Positions 56,901-64,000 of a stretch of 64,000 nucleotides of DNA are shown here, piece by piece. Within the stretch, counting starts at the first letter, position 1; each line of letters begins with the position of its first letter. The notes beneath the pieces are model-generated. The model was not told the DNA's origin, made no database searches, and saw only the letters and a program-made list of their open reading frames with translations. Made by a program: the position numbers and the translations under genes. The DNA comes from an uncultured Bacilli bacterium (lineage in GTDB: Bacteria > Bacillota_I > Bacilli_A > RF39 > UBA660), in contig CAJTXC010000001.1 of NCBI GenBank assembly GCA_910580135.1, positions 2,425-66,424 of the forward strand, written 5' to 3'.

Positions 56901-59900
56901 AACTTCAATGATTTATTTGAGGGAGATACTAAGTTTTATAAAGATACACAAACTTTTCTTAAACGTGCTAAAGAAGCACAAGGTTCTGGTGTTCCTTATG
57001 GTATTGTAAATTATCAAATGGATTTATCCGAAGAACCTACTCTTGTTGAAAGTCCTCTTAATAATATAACATTTAATCACATATCTGTTGATGGAGTTAC
57101 TTCTCAAGTTAAAATAAATCAATATAGTAAATTTAGAGGAGTAACTATTAAAAATACTATTAGAACTGGTGATACAATTGGTACATTTGTAACTGATAAT
57201 AATGGTAATCCAGTTAAAGACGAAAATGGTAATTATAAGTTTGAAAAGCCTGGAGTTTTAGCTAAGACTCTTATAGATGCTCTTGTTGCATCTGGCATGA
57301 GTAAACCAAATGCTAAAATTCATGCTGCTAATATGATGGTGGGTTATACTAACACTACTGTCAATGATGCACAATCTTATATTACTTTTGAAGAATGGGT
57401 TCGTCGTATAACTGCTCGTGGTCAACTTCCTCAATATAAAGAACTTATAGATGCTGTACTTGATGAAACTAAGCCCTTAGATGCTAAAACTATTGGTCAG
57501 TTTATTCAAGTACAAAAGAACTTTTATTATGACCAACATTATAATGCTGAACTTGGAGTTATAGCTCCTCGTCAGATTAAAAATGCTGAATTTGTTATCG
57601 TTCCTCGTCTTGTTCGTGGTACACAACTTGAACAAGTTTATAACTTAATGCGAGAATTTAATATCGACCAGCTTAATACAGAAGAAACTTCTAAAGCAGG
57701 TAAATGTAATGTTCTTATATTATGGGATAATGAAGGAAATTTGACTGACGCTAATATAGCAGATTTTAGAGCTAATGCTGTTCATGCTACAGAATATTAT
57801 AATTATAATTATCTTTATACTCAACAAGAAACTCCTCAACATCTTGCAGCTGAGAACAAAGCTGGTATTCAGATAATGAAGAAAATTATAGATAACATTG
57901 ATTCTAATAGTGAACTTTATCCTCTTAAACAAAAGTTCTTTAATTTATATTCTCAAAATATTGTAGATAGTTATGAGAATTTAATGCAAGAACTTCATAT
58001 TAAACAAGATGAAAATGGAGAAATAAGTGCTTTTGACCAAGCTATTCTTTATGATATGCTTAAAGAAGAAGTTGGTCGTCTTGGTCTTGATAGTAATATG
58101 ATGGATTATGTTACTCTTGACAGGGATGGTGTTCCTATGATGCCAACTTATATGAGTAATGTTTCTACTAAACTTGAAAGTATTGCTCAAAGTTTGTTTA
58201 ATAATCGTATTACTCGTCAGAAACTTCCTGGTTGGCATGCTGCTCAGATTACAAATGTTGGTTGGACTGCTCTTAACGATACAGTTGATAAACGTAGTTA
58301 TAGTAAAAAACTTCAATATCATCCTGATGGTAAGCCTTATGTTGAAATAATGCTTCCTAAGAGCAATTTCCAAAATCTTGAATATAATAAACCAGATGGT
58401 ACTACTAAAACAGATGAAGAACTATTAGCAGAACTTGCTGAATCTGGACTTGATACAATGATTGGTTATCGTATTCCAACTGAAGGTAAACAATCTGTTT
58501 GTATTATGAAAGTTGTTGGGTTTACAGATGATGCTCTTGGTTCCACTATTGTAGTTCCTGATGATTGGGTTTCTCAAACTGGTTCTGACTTTGATATTGA
58601 CTCTGTTTATGGTATTCATTTTAGTGGAGAAGTAAATAAAGAAACTGGTAAATTAGAAAAAGTTCAATATAATAAAGAAGATAAACGTTCAGATAGAAAA
58701 ACAAAAGGACGTAATAATGAACTTCTTCAAACTATGATTGATATTCTTTCACATCCAAGTTCTTTAGAGGAAAATCTTTCTCGTTCTAACTTTGAAGATA
58801 TTATCAACGATAGAGATGAAGTTATAAATTCTGAACTTGCTAAACTTAGAAAAGCTCGTTCTCCTTATGATTTCTTCGACCAAGCTGCATATCAAGAAGA
58901 TGTAATGAGTGGTGCTAAACTTAAAGCATTTAGTGTTACTCGTGATACTTTTTGTTCTATATGTAATACAGTTCGTCCGAACATTAGTGTAGGTAAAACT
59001 GTTTCTGTTATTTATAAGAAAGATGACGGTTATACTGAAGCTGGTCTTAAGAAACATTTTGGAAATATAAAAAGACTTAAAGATGGTAGTGGTTGGATTG
59101 TAACACATGATACTTTAGGTTGGACTTTAGATAATAAAAATGTTGTTGGAAAGATTCTAACAGCTTATTCATCTCAAACTACAGCTCATATTCTCGATGC
59201 TGTAAAAGAAGGTTCTATCCCTAATGTTAATGATTTTACTTTCCAAGTATATAAGTTATTTCCTGATATAGGTTCTGATTATAAAACTGCTATTGCATTT
59301 ATGATGCAACCTGGTGTTACTAGAATAGTAAATATTTATAATGCTAATAAATCTATATATGGAGAAGAATCTGGTAATGCTATAAATGAAGCTATTAAAC
59401 AAATAGCTACAGAAATACTTAAGCTTGATGGAATTTCTATTCCTAAAAATGCTAGTGTAAAAACACTACTTAATAAACTTAAAAATATTTCTTCAGAAAT
59501 AGCAGAATTATTTGATGTAGTTGAAGCTGATAAATTTAAAATAGAAGATACAGCAGCAGCTAATATGCTTAATATTTCTGCTTCTAAACTTAGAGATAGA
59601 ATTAATCAAACTGGTGAGTTTAGCACTACCTCCCCCGTAGGAAGTAGAAATCAATTACTTTATGATTTAGGTGTTATTCTACAATATAATAAACTTAATA
59701 TTTTAGCTAATGATATTTCTGCTTATGCAAGAGTTTGTAATCCTGATAAGTTTGGTGCTAAGCAAACTATTTATGCTACTGCTAAAGTATTTGATGATAT
59801 TCAAACTCTTGTAACCGCATCTAACCCTTCTCTTACTGTAAATGGTAGAAGTTTTATTGCTGCTATTTATCCTGAAGTATTTAGAGGTATAGATGGTTAT

Positions 59901-62900
59901 ATGAAAGAAACTTCTATCGCAGAATCTGCTTATCCTCCTCTTAATGCTTTTTTACGATATGCTACTGCTCCTTCTATTAAAATAAATAGGGGTTTGTTTG
60001 CTACACAGTCTGATGAATTTAGGCGTGAAGTGGAAAAACTAGCTACTCTTTTTAGTAATGGTAGAACTCTTTCTGAAAAAGAATATAAAGATTTTCAGAA
60101 TTATATTCTTAATTATATTTATAGTCAAGCAAAAGCTATAAGTAACGCTGTTACTTATAAAGATGGAAATTTTGTTTATACTCAGACTGATACTCTTGAA
60201 GAATGTAGTCGTATTTATGGATATGGTAAAACTCCTAATCTTGAAGTAACAGATAAACATGGAGAAATTGTTGAGTTTAAAGTAGAAGATATAAATGATC
60301 CTACTGAATTAGAAATTCAACAGTTTGCTAGTCTTAGTCCTGCTCAAAAAATTCATTATATTCAACAAACTTTTGAAAATAGTGGTGTATTTAAATATAT
60401 AAATGTATCCCTTTATAATAGAGGTTCAAATGCAGGAAAACAGACTATTCAATATGTAGAAAATAATGAAGATATTGAAACTGTTTATAATGAATTTGAA
60501 AAATGTTTCTTTAATGATAATCCTTTAGTAGCACTTGCTGCTATGGATATTGTTAAATACGGTTTTGTTGTTGAAGGTTTTAAAATGAGAAAGAATGCTG
60601 TTAATAAAGTAATTAAAAATAGTGTTCTATTATCTGACAAAACAGGTATAATATCTGATATTTCAACAGCAATTGCTACAATTAAAGATAATGCTATTAG
60701 TACAAATCAACTTAGAAGAAATTATATTCGTAGCCATTCTAATAGTACTTTTATTTCTGGTAAAAGAGTTTATAAAAAGAAAGATGAACATGGTAATTGG
60801 AGATTTGAACTTACTCCTAGAGCTGATGGTATAATTCTTATAGACAATGCTGGTTTAGCTTCTAAATATGGAGTTATATATGACCCAGAACCTAACAATA
60901 GGAATTATCATCCTTATGAAACTAATAGTTATGTTAAGTTATCTTTTAATGGTGTATCAAATCTTTATAGGATTGTAAGTGTAAATGATACTTATATTCT
61001 ATATCCTGTAAACAAACTTGAAGAGAATGAAAATTCTGATTTCTCTGTAAATCCTTTAAATAATAAATTTTTAAGTGAAGAATATTACTTAGGAATTATT
61101 AATGATTTTCGTGACCAACTTAGAGAAAGAGATAGAATTGTAGAAGAACAATTACAAAGTGCTCAAGAAGCTGCTAAATTAGAAAGTAGAGATTTAACTA
61201 AAGAGGAGTATAATGAAATTACAGAAAATGCTCCTACTGTAGATTTTTCTGCTGTTTTAGAAAAACATAAACTTGAAAGGGATAAATATAAACCTAAGAC
61301 AGTTAAACGAGCAAGTGGTTTCTCTAAATCTTTTGATATTAATTCAAAAGATACAGTTAATACTGGAGGTTTTGAAGATGTTATATCTAAAGTAACAGAA
61401 AGATTTAGTGAAAATCCTTTTAGCACTCTTTATCTTCGTAGCACAGCTTTAAGTAATTATATAACTTCTACAGGTATTCATGGTAGTAGTATTCAAACTA
61501 TTAATGGAAGACGTTATGTAATTCAAAAAGTTAATCTTTCTCGTTTAAATAAAAAATATATAGGAGAAGAAAATAAAGATGTAGTTGTAAAAGAATCTAA
61601 TGCAGATATTCAAGAAATAATGCAAAAAGCTAAAGATGCTGGATATACTGTACATGATGTATTTATGATTACTCCTTATGAAGAAAATGTAGAAGTTATG
61701 CAATCTTCAGTTACTGAAGATATAAATGAACTTCCTAATTCTACAACATTAGGAGTTCAAGCTATGGCTACTATGTTTTCTCGTAGAAAATCTGAAGGTG
61801 ATATTGAAGCAGCTAAAGCTCTTAAGTTTCTTCAAGATAAACAAATAACTGGTTCTGCTCCATCTGTAAGCGAAAATACTAAAGATGTAATTCAAACTAC
61901 TGCTGAATATATAGATTGCATGGTTAGTAACTTGTTTACTGACATGAAATATTTCATTAAAGATGATAATTTACAACCATTTGCTATAAATAGTCCTGAA
62001 GCTATTGTTGCAATTAAAGCAGACCCTGCTATTAGACAGAGATTTTTGAAAACTCTTCTTGATGCTCGTGCTCTTGTTAAAAACTTTGCTATCATAAATG
62101 AACTTGATATTCAAGCTGAAGATGATAGTCTTAAACCTTTCTTGAATAAAATTAAAGAAAATATAAATAGACTTCAAAATGCTACAATTATTGCAGAAAC
62201 TGAAAGACTTTTTGCAAATGAGTTTCTTGCTAAACTTAGTAAAAATCCTTTAATTCAACAAGATATTATTAGTGTTCTTGATGGTTATCATAGTGCTTCT
62301 TCTTTTGATGCTTGGGTTGGAGATTTACAAGAAAGTTCTTCTCCTCTTATTCAAATTGTATCTAAAGAAGTAATGGCTGATATTCGTTCTAAAGAAATGA
62401 TGGCTATTAAACGAGTACAAGAATTTAGAAAGAAACTTGCTGATATTAAACGTAGAGCTAAAGAAGCAGGAGTAGATATTGATTGGAAAAAGATTATAGA
62501 TGAAAATGGTAGATTTATTCAAAATTATAATCAAACTTTCCTTGATAAACTTGCTGAACTTAGAGAAAATATATCTGTAGCTAAATCTGAATACGGTGTT
62601 GGAAGTATAGAACATCTTAAAGCCAAACTTGCTTATGATAAATGGAAATTAGCTAATATAAATCAACCTGTTGTAGATGAATATTATCGTCAAAAGATTG
62701 ATATAGAAGAACGTATGATTAATCAGTATGGTACTATTTATTCTGCTTATAAAAAACTTGCTGATAAACGTAGAGAACTTCTTAGTCATACAAGTAATGG
62801 AGTATTAGCTGATAATTATAAACAAGAACTTGAGGAAGTTAAGCGTGATATAAACAATCTTATTAATGATTGTGTTTATGACCAAGCTACAGGAACTTTC

Positions 62901-63999
62901 TTAGAAAAGTATCAAGTTGATGACCCAAATAATCCTTTTAGAGGAGAAGATAGAATTCTTTATAGTATAGATAATGCTTATGCTCTACAAGGGTATCTTA
63001 AGCAAATGAAAGAACTTAATGATAAGTATTTTGATGTAGATACTAAATTTGGTTTTCAAGAAGAATTAGATAGAAACCTTGACATAATTAATAATTATGA
63101 AATGAGGGATGCTAATGGGCATATAACTACTCCTATGGTAGAACTTATGAAACATGAAGATTATGTTAGAGCTAAAGAATGGTTAGCAAATAATGCTCGT
63201 TATGTAGCTACAGAAGAAGTAATGGATGTTGTTAATTCTGCTTTTAAGATATTTAGAGAGAATAAACAAGGTCGTAAACTTCTTTCTATGATTGCTAAAA
63301 AACAAGATGCTTATGACGAAAGAGGCATAATTGATGGACGTAAACTTACTGAAGAAAATATTCGTCAGTTATATGAAGAGCAACTTATAAATTATGGTAT
63401 TCGTGAAAATCAAGTATTTAGCGATAGAACTCTAATTAGTAATTCTCCTACTGATGATACTATATTTACAGCAGCATTTTATAAAGGAATGACTTCTGAT
63501 GGTGCTAAAAATAGTGAATATATTGCTAAAATAAATGAAATCAATAGAATACTTAAACCTCATTTTACTACACATGATGGAACTCTTCATACTGCTGAAC
63601 TTTCTGAAGATGAAATAAGAACTCTTCGTAGACTTTATGAAGAACTTGATGAAATTAAGAAATATGTTAAAGGCAGTGCTACTAATGGAAGTAGTGTTCG
63701 TAAATTTATAGATGAACACGTTGAATTTGTTTATGATGAAGAGAAATTCCAACAGCAAGAAGATTTAGCTAAACAAAGAGGAGAAAGATATTATCGTATG
63801 TGGCTTTCTCTTAATACTCAAATAGTAGAAGATGAAGATGGCAACGATATATCTGTTCCTAATAGATATATCTATGGTTATGCTGTTCCTAAAGGATACA
63901 AGAAAGATGGAACTGGTGATAACACTTTCGTAGATAGTAGAAAAACTGGTGCTCTTCATACTATTCGTAGCTATACTCGTAGTAGAAAAACCCAATATT
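53961..63999 (+). CDS. giant virion-associated RNA polymerase-like protein, 5' partial relative to window end (>3340 codons)
   Basis: ATG 53961 follows an in-frame TAA, and the ORF is absent from the track because no stop occurs before the window edge. The frame was hand-checked at 56661, 58581, 59622 and 63840-63999. GYRIPTEGKQS followed by TGSDFDIDSVYG (DFDID encoded at 58587-58601, aa 1543-1547) mirrors the RxPTxxxxS ... NADFDGD double-psi beta-barrel of multisubunit-type RNAPs. Confidence 0.7.
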   Translation, partial: MSCNLFIDSTEVNNAIVAASKGNSILATRYTLEFKSEAFAKELKDKLGLSIDEIPKNKLNEVVKLLQEYHNRLYPDINYSTKLNTSDSPITRFGYDSVATREFGKKLAANFMLSAYHQLVHDKGKTIQQALKEIKEKTKKDISPRDYFANTVVAKVKKLIIERIVSRKLTTKEEVLQLMKTNNTAKLEELFAKDNRIEDANLLAMYKEILGNRRAFFEEVFRNNALGELRLKKQPIAEDTSYEAIDEQVEEELDSEEGNDSPTDDKNNSIKELNEKLGDYNNFMTHVGMSIRGYFSSLPRIINGEKSNGKYVQDTNNPFGIADTMSAAQCIAVLYSYGNFTNTKTMIDSIREIADNVPGMAAFHQVADYLDTNISFAFEVYRTFGKAIVSKIETTDASGEFGSRTSNRTADKLTTLKFEFFNSAKSTSIRSEVEHSSDIFTSISKRLKDLRQFKKDIDSDSSVSPEDIEDFNEEVKKVATDLYNLLKRYYPTLSDKAIINYVNSGNQVDNLANLSNIAQLTIKGAEKSKFTYDSRQADLNALYSKRYQLTQALENGEKIRNGAFEEIENQLNQLYSIDYVSKETQEAAYQLADALVKFSLIKTELNSRNVHGNQSSDVINNSMITNIINTLKDQTALENFGKYKGQSKQYDFSNIMIEHRDENGNLINYGLFTQNPDSKELTPTPYAYRLLQNTLFSGAGSVVDGKNVLYSEMSRGDYTTTAFINFFRTEDDFSQQTEADKIAFAEYFMRIPSDAPKNFIIKAPKYSVNGLFTKDGVNTNHPIFQQFRQVFIQELQDMATAINVLFEHESGKVRLDTDEKSPTYGMPIFKPGFANDAETARKLYNNYHTKKGKILKKLSTGQYSLLGDVFTSDRFKVTILNENGKLEAVNFADEILKHFNLLYGGANNTYLHTTTTSNGVTVQLTDEQSAIINEQLSKFIIAYSSRAVNELNVYRNFIPEGLLTKRNAAEFALNHRLMYINFNDLFEGDTKFYKDTQTFLKRAKEAQGSGVPYGIVNYQMDLSEEPTLVESPLNNITFNHISVDGVTSQVKINQYSKFRGVTIKNTIRTGDTIGTFVTDNNGNPVKDENGNYKFEKPGVLAKTLIDALVASGMSKPNAKIHAANMMVGYTNTTVNDAQSYITFEEWVRRITARGQLPQYKELIDAVLDETKPLDAKTIGQFIQVQKNFYYDQHYNAELGVIAPRQIKNAEFVIVPRLVRGTQLEQVYNLMREFNIDQLNTEETSKAGKCNVLILWDNEGNLTDANIADFRANAVHATEYYNYNYLYTQQETPQHLAAENKAGIQIMKKIIDNIDSNSELYPLKQKFFNLYSQNIVDSYENLMQELHIKQDENGEISAFDQAILYDMLKEEVGRLGLDSNMMDYVTLDRDGVPMMPTYMSNVSTKLESIAQSLFNNRITRQKLPGWHAAQITNVGWTALNDTVDKRSYSKKLQYHPDGKPYVEIMLPKSNFQNLEYNKPDGTTKTDEELLAELAESGLDTMIGYRIPTEGKQSVCIMKVVGFTDDALGSTIVVPDDWVSQTGSDFDIDSVYGIHFSGEVNKETGKLEKVQYNKEDKRSDRKTKGRNNELLQTMIDILSHPSSLEENLSRSNFEDIINDRDEVINSELAKLRKARSPYDFFDQAAYQEDVMSGAKLKAFSVTRDTFCSICNTVRPNISVGKTVSVIYKKDDGYTEAGLKKHFGNIKRLKDGSGWIVTHDTLGWTLDNKNVVGKILTAYSSQTTAHILDAVKEGSIPNVNDFTFQVYKLFPDIGSDYKTAIAFMMQPGVTRIVNIYNANKSIYGEESGNAINEAIKQIATEILKLDGISIPKNASVKTLLNKLKNISSEIAELFDVVEADKFKIEDTAAANMLNISASKLRDRINQTGEFSTTSPVGSRNQLLYDLGVILQYNKLNILANDISAYARVCNPDKFGAKQTIYATAKVFDDIQTLVTASNPSLTVNGRSFIAAIYPEVFRGIDGYMKETSIAESAYPPLNAFLRYATAPSIKINRGLFATQSDEFRREVEKLATLFSNGRTLSEKEYKDFQNYILNYIYSQAKAISNAVTYKDGNFVYTQTDTLEECSRIYGYGKTPNLEVTDKHGEIVEFKVEDINDPTELEIQQFASLSPAQKIHYIQQTFENSGVFKYINVSLYNRGSNAGKQTIQYVENNEDIETVYNEFEKCFFNDNPLVALAAMDIVKYGFVVEGFKMRKNAVNKVIKNSVLLSDKTGIISDISTAIATIKDNAISTNQLRRNYIRSHSNSTFISGKRVYKKKDEHGNWRFELTPRADGIILIDNAGLASKYGVIYDPEPNNRNYHPYETNSYVKLSFNGVSNLYRIVSVNDTYILYPVNKLEENENSDFSVNPLNNKFLSEEYYLGIINDFRDQLRERDRIVEEQLQSAQEAAKLESRDLTKEEYNEITENAPTVDFSAVLEKHKLERDKYKPKTVKRASGFSKSFDINSKDTVNTGGFEDVISKVTERFSENPFSTLYLRSTALSNYITSTGIHGSSIQTINGRRYVIQKVNLSRLNKKYIGEENKDVVVKESNADIQEIMQKAKDAGYTVHDVFMITPYEENVEVMQSSVTEDINELPNSTTLGVQAMATMFSRRKSEGDIEAAKALKFLQDKQITGSAPSVSENTKDVIQTTAEYIDCMVSNLFTDMKYFIKDDNLQPFAINSPEAIVAIKADPAIRQRFLKTLLDARALVKNFAIINELDIQAEDDSLKPFLNKIKENINRLQNATIIAETERLFANEFLAKLSKNPLIQQDIISVLDGYHSASSFDAWVGDLQESSSPLIQIVSKEVMADIRSKEMMAIKRVQEFRKKLADIKRRAKEAGVDIDWKKIIDENGRFIQNYNQTFLDKLAELRENISVAKSEYGVGSIEHLKAKLAYDKWKLANINQPVVDEYYRQKIDIEERMINQYGTIYSAYKKLADKRRELLSHTSNGVLADNYKQELEEVKRDINNLINDCVYDQATGTFLEKYQVDDPNNPFRGEDRILYSIDNAYALQGYLKQMKELNDKYFDVDTKFGFQEELDRNLDIINNYEMRDANGHITTPMVELMKHEDYVRAKEWLANNARYVATEEVMDVVNSAFKIFRENKQGRKLLSMIAKKQDAYDERGIIDGRKLTEENIRQLYEEQLINYGIRENQVFSDRTLISNSPTDDTIFTAAFYKGMTSDGAKNSEYIAKINEINRILKPHFTTHDGTLHTAELSEDEIRTLRRLYEELDEIKKYVKGSATNGSSVRKFIDEHVEFVYDEEKFQQQEDLAKQRGERYYRMWLSLNTQIVEDEDGNDISVPNRYIYGYAVPKGYKKDGTGDNTFVDSRKTGALHTIRSYTRSRKTQY
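56665..56676 (+). repeat. iterated motif, variant TTTACGGGGGAG (1 change)
   Basis: Context cttcTTTACGGGGGAGCTAATAA, inside the RNAP-like ORF, read as LLYGGAN. Confidence 0.75.
59630..59641 (-). repeat. iterated motif, variant CTCCCCCGTAGG (1 change)
   Basis: Context CACTACCTCCCCCGTAGGAAG, inside the RNAP-like ORF, read as STTSPVGS. Confidence 0.75.
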
Positions 64000-64000
64000 A

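Noticed and set aside
1087-59641. The iterated motif as a CRISPR array or CRISPR repeat.
   Set aside because: Copies are kilobases apart at irregular spacing, occur on both strands and sit inside coding sequence. There is no repeat-spacer periodicity.

Overview
The window is one co-directional gene block, with every credible gene on the plus strand, from an AT-rich tailed phage. Gene content fits the virion and morphogenesis half of a crAss-like (Crassvirales-type) podovirus of a Bacteroidota host. It contains a large terminase (4463-6745), a portal (7156-9570), a putative scaffold and a major capsid protein (11272-12747). It also has a beta-helix tailspike, very large fibre and tail proteins, and Gly/Ala-rich putative ejection proteins. 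A 2321-aa protein carries a zincin HExxH motif. An uninterrupted ORF of more than 3340 codons (53961 to the window end) carries a two-barrel RNA polymerase signature (YRIPTEGKQS ... GSDFDIDS). Bacteroides-type TAnnTTTG -7 boxes and several strong stem-loop terminators punctuate the block. Two things stand out. (1) There is a complete diversity-generating retroelement (DGR). The 3' end of fibre gene 25835-28090 (VR 27900-28034) and a non-coding copy 282 bp downstream (TR 28182-28316) differ at 35 positions, and every one is an adenine in the TR. A DGR-type reverse transcriptase follows (28489-29742), and no Avd-like gene is visible. (2) There is a GC-rich iterated motif with core TCTACGGGGGAG and extended form AACCyTTCTACGGGGGAGGTrGTT. 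It occurs 11 times exactly and 4 times with one or two changes. Copies lie on both strands, in three reading frames inside unrelated genes, and in two intergenic hairpins, often as inverted pairs. I do not recognise it and no annotated feature explains it. Also present are a free-standing HNH homing endonuclease, a compositionally foreign enzymatic core in the tailspike, and a possible lysis cassette. All functional calls come from motifs, gene order and composition read by eye; no database search or computation was possible.
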